Source: a virus (Duplodnaviria > Caudoviricetes). From it: a stretch of DNA of 53,253 nucleotides. The stretch is taken from positions 1 to 53,253 of the IMG/VR virus record IMGVR_UViG_3300042292_000140. One strand, 5' to 3'. Made by a program: the position numbers and the translations under genes. This document shows, in pieces, positions 36,501 through 45,916 of this stretch. Position 1 is the stretch's first letter. Each line of letters starts with the position of its first letter. A model generated the notes under the pieces. The model did no database searches, had not been told where the DNA came from, and worked only from the letters and a program-made list of their open reading frames with translations.

Positions 36501-37411
36501 TTTTTATTCTTTCTATCGTACTCAGCGTAACGCTTGACATATTTATTTCTTAATGTCGCATCGTCCCAAACGCCAGCTTCCATTAATGCCTGTTTTCTTT
36601 CTGGACTAATGTAAATCTCTTTGCGCGTTGATGTTGGTGCATGCTCACGACCAGAACCCACGTTAGGACCGCCACGCGGTGTGCGTCCTGCCTGTCTACC
36701 AAATTTATGTGGCAATCTTTTTTCAATCCGATTGCGCAATTCGTCCCAGTATTCTTCAGTGCGCGAATCTAATCCTTCTTTTGCAAGACGTTTATCAATA
36801 GCAAGTACAACAGCAGAATCTTCGTCATCACCTGATGCATCGTACCATTTATGATCTTCCATAAACTCACGCGCATGGAACATAGTCAGCTCATCAATCG
36901 ATGGTTGTTGCGGTGCATTTTGACGCTCTGCGTGTTGCTTAATCTCATGAATCTCTTTTGCACGCGCAATAGCTTGATCACGAAGTCGAATTGCTTGCGC
37001 AACATCTGCTCCATTTCCAGCATCAACTGCTTTCTCAATTACACGCTCTGCCATGTGAACTTCGTTCACGGCTTGTTGCAAATGCGAGTCAATGTTGTTG
37101 ATGTCAGATTTTTGTGATCGCGTTTCTTGCGCGGTTAATCTGCGCTCTAAATCGTCATTACGCTTACGAAGGAAATCAAGCTCCATCTTGTCGCGTTTGA
37201 TTGCTGTGTCTTTTCTGTCTTTGCGTTCTAGCTTTTCTTTTCTGCGACGTTCACGAATAGCGGCACGCTCATCATCATTTGCATCGTTGCCAAGAATTCG
37301 CTCGTCTTGATCCTCATCATCTGAATCATCCGTAACAATAACAATGTCGCTGTCATTGTCTTCGTTATCAAATTCGTCGTCTTCATTTAATATATCGTTT
37401 GCCATCGCCAT
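36497..37411 (-). CDS. Putative scaffolding protein
   Basis: Acidic N-terminus, long coiled coil, WY...D..L..EG....EYW.EL..R; lies between portal and capsid. Confidence 0.6.
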   Translation of the reverse strand: MAMANDILNEDDEFDNEDNDSDIVIVTDDSDDEDQDERILGNDANDDERAAIRERRRKEKLERKDRKDTAIKRDKMELDFLRKRNDDLERRLTAQETRSQKSDINNIDSHLQQAVNEVHMAERVIEKAVDAGNGADVAQAIRLRDQAIARAKEIHEIKQHAERQNAPQQPSIDELTMFHAREFMEDHKWYDASGDDEDSAVVLAIDKRLAKEGLDSRTEEYWDELRNRIEKRLPHKFGRQAGRTPRGGPNVGSGREHAPTSTRKEIYISPERKQALMEAGVWDDATLRNKYVKRYAEYDRKNKN

Positions 37412-37417
37412 CTCCTA

Positions 37418-37825
37418 TCAGATGAATGCTTTAATTTTTAGTGGATCTGTTAAAACCTTGCCGATAATGTCAAGGTCATTAAATATTACAAACATTGCAG
37501 ATTCGTTGCTGTTTACTGGTACCTCGTATCGATCACCACCATACTTAGCTACACGCACAAAGTCACCTACTTGACACCAATCACCTTCAGGCCATGACTC
37601 TAAGGTTGTTCGATTCTTAAAAGCCACCGGACCTATCGACACAACTCTTGCCACCTGTGTGTTCCACTTCTCTGTGTCTTTTGTGTCGGTACTTAAAATA
37701 ATGCCGCCAGCCGATGTACTTTTTGGAGTACGAATCTGAACCAGAACGCGGCTCCCAAAAGGCTGGATGCCTGCTTCTACAGCAGGGAAAGCCTCAGCTA
37801 AAGCATTCTCATAAATCGTTGTCAC
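37418..37825 (-). CDS. groES: GroES/Cpn10-like co-chaperonin
   Basis: IQPFGSRVLV, TSAGGIIL, VV.IGP, VGD.V...KYGG, DLDIIG. Likely GTG start at 37825 with GAGG SD. Confidence 0.85.
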   Translation of the reverse strand: MTTIYENALAEAFPAVEAGIQPFGSRVLVQIRTPKSTSAGGIILSTDTKDTEKWNTQVARVVSIGPVAFKNRTTLESWPEGDWCQVGDFVRVAKYGGDRYEVPVNSNESAMFVIFNDLDIIGKVLTDPLKIKAFI

Positions 37826-38006
37826 GATATTTTTCCTCGTCAATTAAAGTTAAGAGTACGTTGATGGCAGCTTCATAACCTGCTACCACACCAGTGCGAT
37901 GCCCATACTCAAAAGCATCGCGCTGTACTGGTTGCTTTAAAGAGTCAACGCTGTATCTAAGCTGTGACTCTTTAAGGCGATTGAGTAATTTTGACTCAAT
38001 GTTCAT
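37809..38006 (-). CDS. Hypothetical protein
   Basis: EYG...G...G...A pattern typical of the gene upstream of phage groES; coupled. Confidence 0.65.
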   Translation of the reverse strand: MNIESKLLNRLKESQLRYSVDSLKQPVQRDAFEYGHRTGVVAGYEAAINVLLTLIDEEKYRDNDL

Positions 38007-38137
38007 GCAGGAGTCTTAGACTCTTTTGGCGCACTTGGCATTTTTTGTCCGTCTAACTTTTCACCGGCTGCCATGCGTTTGTGTTGTTTAACACATGCGC
38101 CAGTCATGGGTACTTCTTTGCCTTTTGTATCACTCAT
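38003..38137 (-). CDS. 44-aa basic protein (not in ORF track)
   Basis: MSDTKGKEVPMTGACVKQHKRMAAGEK...; GGAG SD; ATGA overlap with the next gene. Confidence 0.6.
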   Translation of the reverse strand: MSDTKGKEVPMTGACVKQHKRMAAGEKLDGQKMPSAPKESKTPA

Positions 38138-38149
38138 GTCATATCTCCA

Positions 38150-40726
38150 TTAAGGATTAGGATTAATTCCAGTGCCAGTGCTGACACCAAACTTTTCACC
38201 GCTTATGATCTCAGCTTGCGCAAGTCGCATCGCTGTTTCGTTGTCAGCAGCGTTCATACGCTCTCTTGCCTGCATTTCAGCAGCAGAGCGTTGATTTTCT
38301 ACCTGCGCTTCAAATGCAGCTTGTTTTGCATTTGCCATTTCACGTTGTGCATCACGTTGCATCTCCATCATGTTTTCTTGAGCAGCTAACTGAAGTTTTG
38401 CTTTTTCAAGTTCTTGTGATTGTTGCATTCTGGCTTGATCAGTTTGTTGCGACTGTTGTAATTTAGCTTGTTCGATTTGCAATTTAGCCTGATCAGATTG
38501 CGCACGTTGTTGCATCGCAGCTTGTTGTGTTTGCGCGTTGAGCTGTGCAACTTGCATGGTGTTATCAGGTGGCAATTGTGGTTGTGGTTTGTACTGCTGT
38601 GCTTCTTGCGTAATCGTTGCAAGCTCTTGACCAAACCCATCTAATTGTTGCTCGATAAATTGTTGCACTTTCATCATCAAGCTAACTTGCTCAGATACAT
38701 CATTGCCAATCACATCATCTTTTTCTGCCTTAGATGCTGCTTTGTGTGATTCGGTTAAGTAATAGTTCAATAGATGATCACGCAAGTGAAGTGAAATAGG
38801 ATAAAGATAGTTCGTAATGATAGCAGGATTTTTGCCAAACAACGGTGATTGCAAAAATGCCATGTGCGTCATCAAGTGACCTAGATGATCTTGTTTGGGT
38901 AGCACATAGATTGGTCTTCCCATTGACGCTGCAACATTTTCGGAAATAGGATCCATATCCTCTTTTCCGGGTTCGGGTTGCAAGTAATCATCAGCCGATA
39001 ACTTCATGACCGTTAAGAACGCTTCCTCAACTTTGCGTTGATTGTACATCTGCGGGAACAATTGCGAGCGTTGCAGAATGGCTTGGTTTTGTGCAAAGCG
39101 TTGCGTTTCGCTAAAGATAGCAGGATCACTGACTGGGATGATGTCCATCGGGCCGTCAAAGTCTGACGGATCAATTTCAAGTCCAGCCTCGTATGCTTTC
39201 AAGTCTTCAACTGTTAAGTACGCAGAGTTAATGCGATGCAATACCTTTAGCACGCGATCCATCGAGTTGTGCAAACGCGCATGAATCGAACTAAATACCA
39301 CCATGCCTTGTTCAATCAACGCCATTGTAGTGCCAACAGGTTGATTAGGATTTTGATCAGACAGCTTCTCAAACGATGTTTGAATCACACCTTTGCCAGC
39401 ATCCACTAGGAATCCAAGCAATTGAAACAATACAGGTGATGGACCGTTAAATGGCAATGGCATGGCAATCTTGCGCACGTCATCAACCATTGCGCCACCA
39501 TCAAGCTCAACAACTTCTGTTGGTTGCACGTTGATAGTCTGACCGTTAGGACCGCCTTTAAGTTTTAATAATGTTGGCACGTTTTGAATGTGCGCTGAAT
39601 CAAGCAATGCACGAAGCGCACCAGTAGCCGCACCTGACAAACCACCAATCATTTGTGTCAAACTGATTGGATACGCACCACGCCAAGGAACGAATGGAAA
39701 CTCAATAATCCAGTCTAGCTCTTTTCTGTTTTCATCGTCCGGCTCCCAGTTTCTGTAGAGTGCAACGCCTTCGCTGGTTGTTTTATCAATACTTAAGATA
39801 TATGGTTCCATACCATCACCAAAGTCTAAGAACGTGTAGACTTCAAAAATGGTGCGAAGTCCATCCTCGTTGTAGCTGCTTTCCTTTCTGCCTTCAATCT
39901 TGTCGTTGGCTTGTGATGATTTGCTAAACTCTGGATCACTTGCGTAACCTAAGTCAACGTCGATGTACATGCCAGCTTTAACGCGACGCGCATATTCCAT
40001 CTTAGTGATGTATTGCACATGTGTCTTACGCTCTGCCGTATAAAAGTTGGTTGCAGCGAACGGCAGGTAAACGTCTTCAATAGCAATAAATTCTGCTTGT
40101 GGTCGCTTGTACTGGTTGTTCCACATCAACTTGAGGTATTGACCACCACCCAGTGGCAACTGCGTGCTAAGTTGCTCTAGCTCGCCTCTAAACTCTGGCA
40201 TCTGCTCAGTCAACTGCCAATTCATAAAGTCTGCTTTGCGCTGTGCCTTTGCAAGTTTTTCTTTTTCTTGCTCGCCTAGTATCTTTGTTTTGACAGGACC
40301 GTTAGCTGGGAAGATCTCTTTCATCACACGCGCAGAAAAATCCACGCACGCTTCGACAAGCATTGGATGCACAACTTTGTTTGCACCCGTGAACTGTGCG
40401 CCACCAGGTGCATCATCACCAAGACCTGTTCTGCGCAAACCTTCTTCGTATTGCTTGTCGCGTTTCTCGCGTGCTTCTTTATCGCGATCAATCTTTTCTA
40501 GCAGATCCTCAATCATGTCAGACAAGTCTGACTGATCTACTTCATCGATGATGTTAGCAAAATGCGCTGACTGTTCTTTTTCGTCTTTTTCGTTTTTGAG
40601 TTTGAGTATAGCACCGCCATCCTCTGTGTCTTCAACGTCAGATTCTTCGTCAGGATCAAACTCTACGTCTTCACCTTCCAACTCGTCTTCATCATCAATG
40701 TAATCGTCTTCAATTTTTTTAGCCAT
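38150..40726 (-). CDS. Portal protein (P22-like, long Gln-rich C-terminal barrel)
   Basis: F.GA..V.HP.L.EA...F.AR...E..PA.GPVKT, PVGTT.AL.EQG...FS.IH.RLH, IPVSDP.IFS. Confidence 0.85.
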   Translation of the reverse strand: MAKKIEDDYIDDEDELEGEDVEFDPDEESDVEDTEDGGAILKLKNEKDEKEQSAHFANIIDEVDQSDLSDMIEDLLEKIDRDKEAREKRDKQYEEGLRRTGLGDDAPGGAQFTGANKVVHPMLVEACVDFSARVMKEIFPANGPVKTKILGEQEKEKLAKAQRKADFMNWQLTEQMPEFRGELEQLSTQLPLGGGQYLKLMWNNQYKRPQAEFIAIEDVYLPFAATNFYTAERKTHVQYITKMEYARRVKAGMYIDVDLGYASDPEFSKSSQANDKIEGRKESSYNEDGLRTIFEVYTFLDFGDGMEPYILSIDKTTSEGVALYRNWEPDDENRKELDWIIEFPFVPWRGAYPISLTQMIGGLSGAATGALRALLDSAHIQNVPTLLKLKGGPNGQTINVQPTEVVELDGGAMVDDVRKIAMPLPFNGPSPVLFQLLGFLVDAGKGVIQTSFEKLSDQNPNQPVGTTMALIEQGMVVFSSIHARLHNSMDRVLKVLHRINSAYLTVEDLKAYEAGLEIDPSDFDGPMDIIPVSDPAIFSETQRFAQNQAILQRSQLFPQMYNQRKVEEAFLTVMKLSADDYLQPEPGKEDMDPISENVAASMGRPIYVLPKQDHLGHLMTHMAFLQSPLFGKNPAIITNYLYPISLHLRDHLLNYYLTESHKAASKAEKDDVIGNDVSEQVSLMMKVQQFIEQQLDGFGQELATITQEAQQYKPQPQLPPDNTMQVAQLNAQTQQAAMQQRAQSDQAKLQIEQAKLQQSQQTDQARMQQSQELEKAKLQLAAQENMMEMQRDAQREMANAKQAAFEAQVENQRSAAEMQARERMNAADNETAMRLAQAEIISGEKFGVSTGTGINPNP

Positions 40727-43700
40727 GCTTTGCCTCTCTTATTGATGTGGGTATCTTACCACTTTTTAGTGGTTGCGAATGTGTGGTTATCTGGATAGAC
40801 ACAGCAGCCGGTTCTTCTTCTTCTTGCTCATCCTCCATGCTGTCCATAAATGCTTTCATGATTTGCTCAATCGCATCGTTATGAAGCACGTCAACAATAC
40901 CACCGTGCGCGTACAAGTCTTCTTCTGTTGCAAAGATGGGTTTGCCTTCTGATAAGCGTTGATGTGCATGGTCAATGGCTTTATGCACAATACTGCGTGG
41001 CATGTCTTCACCGTCTTGCAAATGAAGAATAAGACGGATCTCGTCAGGTGTTAGCGTAGGCACCAGCGTTGGTACGTCCATTTCTTCACCATTGATAGGC
41101 ACACCAATTGAATATTCAGTCATCACGCCTGTACCGTCTGGACGTTCAAGCTCTCCGAAATAGCCAAGACCTTTCTTTGTTTTGTCTGGTCTGTTGCCAT
41201 AGCCATAGTCACTTTCTTCGTACTTGTCGTGTAGTGCTTGCACGCTGCCGCCTTTAGCAAAACCTTTAAGAGGTATGTCTTTATTTCTTTCATAAAATTC
41301 ATCACGCAGAGAATTTAATTCGTCATCAGTAACAAACCTACCGTATTTGTCGGTTGCTGCTTTATACAACTCTGGATGCATTTGACTTCCACTTTTATTT
41401 AAATCTGTTAATAACGTGTTTTCAAAATCCCCAACACTCGACCAATCTTTTGAGCGCACAAAGTCGTGAATAGCAGGCAAATACTTTTCATTAGGTGCTG
41501 CGTTTTGTTTGCCTTTGATTTGAACGATTTTTTCTTGAGGAGGTCCGTAAAGATCTTTCATAAAATTTATTGCGGATTTTTTCATACCTAAATGAGGATT
41601 AGCGGCATTATATTCACGCACGTCTGTTATTAATTTAGCTTGTTCATCGTAAGGTAATTTGTCCATCAACATGTTGTAATACAAATATTCGTCGGCAGGT
41701 TTGCTAGTTTCAATCGTCACATGGGGTTCACCACGTCTATCACGCAATGAATAGATGTTGGACTTGCCGCTACCAACCTCATCACAATACTGACCGACAC
41801 AATGCCCCATCGTGTCGCCTTCAAACTTCAGTGCGGCTTGTAGTGCATCACGTCTTTCTGCAATACGGTAATCTGCCAATGCTTCTTCTGGTGTTGACGC
41901 ACTTGCCCACTCGCCACCACTAGCATCAAGTACCGCTGGATTACCACGTCTGTCTTCACCAAGGTAATGCCCTTCTAGCAATGTAGGCTCTGGCATTTTC
42001 ATTTGCATCCAAGCTAATCCTTTATCTGGATATTCTTTGTGCATTACGGTTGCAGCGTTGCGACCTTTTTTGAGCTTCTCAGCTTCACGCCATGCGTTGA
42101 TTTTAGCAACATGCTCAACAGCCTGCGGCATGGAAACACGACTGAGCTTTGCTGGATCTATGCGCAGGAAGTCTGGTAGATCTGTGTCTGGATGTGTTGC
42201 ATTGCGAAGTTTATTTGCTAAATCGTAAAAACCTGTGTCATTAGTATCAGTGCTTTTTATAGCGTAAACATTTTGGTTTTCTGGCACTGATTCAAGCCAA
42301 GGATTTGCTTGTAAATATCTAGGACTTGTATCAAGCAATTCTTTTGCTTTGTCAACAGTAAACGCATTGTCAGCGTAATGCTCCCAAAGTTTAGCTAAAT
42401 CTGATTTAGCAATCCCTTCTACTGGGTAGCCTGCTTTTTTTCTTAATTCTTCAACATCATTGTATGGTGATATTTCTTTGTTGGGCGTGTAATGCAAAGG
42501 ATTATAGTTCTCAAGCTCTGAGATCTTATCTTGAATTCCAGCAGTTTCACGCTGTGCATTAGCCATGCGATTAGCAATCACTTCTGATGGCAATCCCATT
42601 TCTTCATACTTAGCGGCAAACTCTTGGAGGTTTGGTATCTTTGACTTTTGTTGACTGATAAGCACGTCACGTTTGGCAGGCCATTCCTCGGCAATACGTC
42701 GAACCGGATCTTCTGGCGTACCCATTTCGTTTTTAATATATTTAGCCAGCTTTTGTTGCAACCAATCGTTGACTGCTACTTTAGGAATTGTATCTTTATA
42801 TTCATAAGACGTAGGACTATATTTTCCAGACAATGCAGCAGATGCAACATCTGGATCAACATATTGTGAATAACGCATGGCTGCGTCTTCTGGTGTTATG
42901 TAATAACTTGCACCTTTAACAAAATTGCCACCTTTTGGTTTGATAATCATCCCAACATTGCCAGCTATTGCATTGCGTGCGGTGCTTTCGGCAGGACCGG
43001 CAAGCAACATGGCTGTGTCAGCCAAAGATTGTGCGCGTCCTTTTTTGAATTGCGGCACGTTACTCATCTCCGGTACACGCATAGGCGCATCACCATATGA
43101 CCAGTTTTCTATTTCTTCGGGTGCGTTTCCAAGTAGCATGTCACCAGCACCAGATCCGCCAAGTAGCGGAACCCAGTTTGGAACAGAATATTGATTGCCA
43201 GATGATTTGGCGTTTTGAAGTAACTCTGCAAGTCTTGCAAGGTTAGGCTGTTGTGGTATTGCTTTCATTTGTTGATTATCTGATAAATCCACTTCCCCTC
43301 CTTCTGCCCACTTAACCTTGTTTGCCCAATACGCGGCACTGCTTTTGCCTTTGGCAATGTTCTTTGCATGACGTGCCTTGAATGATTCACGCTTTGCTGT
43401 CATGCGATCTGACTCACCTTCTTTTGGCTTGCCTGCTGTTTCAGCACCTTGCTCACCAAAGCGAATGATATTCTCTTTGCCATCAACCATTGTTTTCACA
43501 ATGTGTGACTTGGTTGGATGGTTTGGCGTGCGTTGTGGTTTGTTTAATTCCATGCTGTCTTTGTCTACTCTGCCGCCTTGTGCGTAGCCTTCAACATCAA
43601 GCGACGGCCCATCACCCTCATACTTATAAATCAAGTCCTCTAATGGAATATCAGACAGTTTTCCACCAGCAAGTGGATAATTCTCACGACGTTGCGCCAT

Positions 43701-45914
43701 GTCCATATCAAGACGATCTTGCGTTGCGCGTGCTTGTGCTTCGCCTGTTAATTTTCGATATGCTTCAAAAGGACTTCCAAGACGCATTTTAGCAAAACTT
43801 TCTATAAATGCTTTACGATCTGCATCATTATCCATTTCTTGGTATCTTGGTAATGATTTGGCGTATTCAATAGTTTCATTTGATGTGTAATCAAGCGGGT
43901 TTCTTCTTATCATGGACTCATTACCGCCACGCCCCCATCCTTCAATTCCTTGAATAGCATGTTGTAATTCATGTGCCATTACTGAATTTTTAGTACCTGC
44001 TTCCACTGATGGATAATAAATTTCAATATTACCACCGCTCATACTTGGTGTAAAAGAACCATGAAATTTATCTGATTGACCACCAAATCTAGTAACACTT
44101 TCTCCTAGCTTTGGATAATTTTCAAATAATTCTGGGTGCGTATAAACATTTTTTGAAAAAGTACCTTTCCCAGCTTCTACGCCTTCATACACAGGCAAAT
44201 AATCTTGTAAGCCAAAATTGCGATTAATTTCATTTAACATTAAATCAGCATCAGCTTTTTTCTGTTTGTTATACGCTTTAATATCTTTTTCAAATAAATC
44301 TGGTTGCACTTTTAACGATGCGTTGCGTTCTTTAATTCCTGCTTTCATTCCTTCAGCAAGTATTTTTTGATAGGCAATTTTTTCTTCAATATTTCTTGGT
44401 GTTAAAAGATTTGCATCCTTATCACTAATCTCACTAAACAAAGTCTTATCCGGCATACGACCAATCAAATGCTCGCGCCACACTTCTGCTGGATCTGCGC
44501 CTTCATCTAATTTCTTAGCGGCTAATTCAGCAGCTACCTTATCCCAGTTTCTTGATTTAGGTCCAATGAATGATAATCCAACTGGCAAACCTTCCGTTGC
44601 CTTAACACCTGGTGCCAATGTTGTCAGTGCATCAGCAAGTGACTGCGCACGACCACGTTTAAACTGTGGTACGTTGCTCATCTCTGGTATCTGCATTGGT
44701 GCATTGCCATAAGACCAGTTCTCAATCTCCTCTGGTGTTTTGCCCATGAGTAAATCACCAGCACCTACACCACCGGCTAGTGGCACCCAACTTGGAACTG
44801 TGTATTGATTGCCAACGTCACGCGCACTGCCAAGCATCTCGGCAAGTTTGCCAAGGTTCTCGTTTTGGTCTTGTGCTTTTACAATCCCACCTTCTGCATA
44901 CTTCTCTTGCAACTCATCCAAACTACCAGCACGCTTTGTAATTTCTGGATACTCATCACCGAACATGACGTAGTTTGAAGTGTTTTCAGCTTGATGTTTT
45001 AAGCCTGGTATTCCTACTTTATCTAAATATTTAGAAAATTCTTCTTTACGAAGTGAATGATTTTCTGGAGAAAGTCCAAATGATTTTAAGTCTTCTGGGT
45101 ATGCATCTTGCAAATCAAATATTACATCAGCTACTTTTGAATCTTTATTATATTTTTGAAGAATATCTTTTTCTTTTAAAATATTTTTTACATAATCGCT
45201 TTGATCTTCTAATGACTTATCCCAATCCATTAAATGATGCTCACCAAGTGGATCTGTTGCTTCACGCTCTGCGTTAGGCCAGCGGATTGAGGTTTCGTAG
45301 ATATGACCACCAAGTTTTGATTTTAAATCTTTTGCTTCTTGCAATAAGGCATCATGCTTTTCCAAATCACCTCTAATTTTTGCAATTTCTGCATTGTATT
45401 CTTTTAAGAAAATTTTATTTCTTAAATCATCTACAGGAACACCAGCCGTCATATAGCGTTTTGCTATTTTTGGATCTTGTGCAAAATACAATCCTTCACC
45501 GTATGCTTGTGCGCCAGTTCCTGTGCCAATCTTTGACATGTCAAACCGATCAAACAAATGTGGCGTACCGTGATAGGCTTTGATTGCCATGCCAAGCGTA
45601 CCGCCAGACGATGCAGGAGCAAATGGCATTGCGCCTGTTTGCATAAGTCCTGCTAAATCAAGTCCTGCCTGTGCTTGTTCGTCTATTGATGGTGCAATAC
45701 CAAATGGAAACACACTTGACTCGTCAAGTATTTCGCGTGGTACACCACCAGCAGCATCAATGCTACGCATGAAAGCATCTTTTGCACGACGTGCCGCTTC
45801 TTGTGGATGCATCAAGCTCGATACAATAACTGAATCGTTTGGCTCAAAGTCTTGTGCATTTAATTTGTCTTTTAATACACCATATTGTTCTGCTAAATCT
45901 TTTAAGTCTGCCAT
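40719..45914 (-). CDS. Large polyvalent protein (ART-PolyVal-like, LPD23-like, zincin MPTase, PcfJ-like and other modules)
   Basis: YHGT...FD....GTG.GAQAYG.GLYFA; IW/VW...G...D.....EI.D; HELQH...GE..AR; EG..MGHCVG.Y...V..G...IYSLR...P.VTIE...QIKG..N. Confidence 0.8.
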   Translation of the reverse strand: MADLKDLAEQYGVLKDKLNAQDFEPNDSVIVSSLMHPQEAARRAKDAFMRSIDAAGGVPREILDESSVFPFGIAPSIDEQAQAGLDLAGLMQTGAMPFAPASSGGTLGMAIKAYHGTPHLFDRFDMSKIGTGTGAQAYGEGLYFAQDPKIAKRYMTAGVPVDDLRNKIFLKEYNAEIAKIRGDLEKHDALLQEAKDLKSKLGGHIYETSIRWPNAEREATDPLGEHHLMDWDKSLEDQSDYVKNILKEKDILQKYNKDSKVADVIFDLQDAYPEDLKSFGLSPENHSLRKEEFSKYLDKVGIPGLKHQAENTSNYVMFGDEYPEITKRAGSLDELQEKYAEGGIVKAQDQNENLGKLAEMLGSARDVGNQYTVPSWVPLAGGVGAGDLLMGKTPEEIENWSYGNAPMQIPEMSNVPQFKRGRAQSLADALTTLAPGVKATEGLPVGLSFIGPKSRNWDKVAAELAAKKLDEGADPAEVWREHLIGRMPDKTLFSEISDKDANLLTPRNIEEKIAYQKILAEGMKAGIKERNASLKVQPDLFEKDIKAYNKQKKADADLMLNEINRNFGLQDYLPVYEGVEAGKGTFSKNVYTHPELFENYPKLGESVTRFGGQSDKFHGSFTPSMSGGNIEIYYPSVEAGTKNSVMAHELQHAIQGIEGWGRGGNESMIRRNPLDYTSNETIEYAKSLPRYQEMDNDADRKAFIESFAKMRLGSPFEAYRKLTGEAQARATQDRLDMDMAQRRENYPLAGGKLSDIPLEDLIYKYEGDGPSLDVEGYAQGGRVDKDSMELNKPQRTPNHPTKSHIVKTMVDGKENIIRFGEQGAETAGKPKEGESDRMTAKRESFKARHAKNIAKGKSSAAYWANKVKWAEGGEVDLSDNQQMKAIPQQPNLARLAELLQNAKSSGNQYSVPNWVPLLGGSGAGDMLLGNAPEEIENWSYGDAPMRVPEMSNVPQFKKGRAQSLADTAMLLAGPAESTARNAIAGNVGMIIKPKGGNFVKGASYYITPEDAAMRYSQYVDPDVASAALSGKYSPTSYEYKDTIPKVAVNDWLQQKLAKYIKNEMGTPEDPVRRIAEEWPAKRDVLISQQKSKIPNLQEFAAKYEEMGLPSEVIANRMANAQRETAGIQDKISELENYNPLHYTPNKEISPYNDVEELRKKAGYPVEGIAKSDLAKLWEHYADNAFTVDKAKELLDTSPRYLQANPWLESVPENQNVYAIKSTDTNDTGFYDLANKLRNATHPDTDLPDFLRIDPAKLSRVSMPQAVEHVAKINAWREAEKLKKGRNAATVMHKEYPDKGLAWMQMKMPEPTLLEGHYLGEDRRGNPAVLDASGGEWASASTPEEALADYRIAERRDALQAALKFEGDTMGHCVGQYCDEVGSGKSNIYSLRDRRGEPHVTIETSKPADEYLYYNMLMDKLPYDEQAKLITDVREYNAANPHLGMKKSAINFMKDLYGPPQEKIVQIKGKQNAAPNEKYLPAIHDFVRSKDWSSVGDFENTLLTDLNKSGSQMHPELYKAATDKYGRFVTDDELNSLRDEFYERNKDIPLKGFAKGGSVQALHDKYEESDYGYGNRPDKTKKGLGYFGELERPDGTGVMTEYSIGVPINGEEMDVPTLVPTLTPDEIRLILHLQDGEDMPRSIVHKAIDHAHQRLSEGKPIFATEEDLYAHGGIVDVLHNDAIEQIMKAFMDSMEDEQEEEEPAAVSIQITTHSQPLKSGKIPTSIREAKHG

Positions 45915-45916
45915 GT

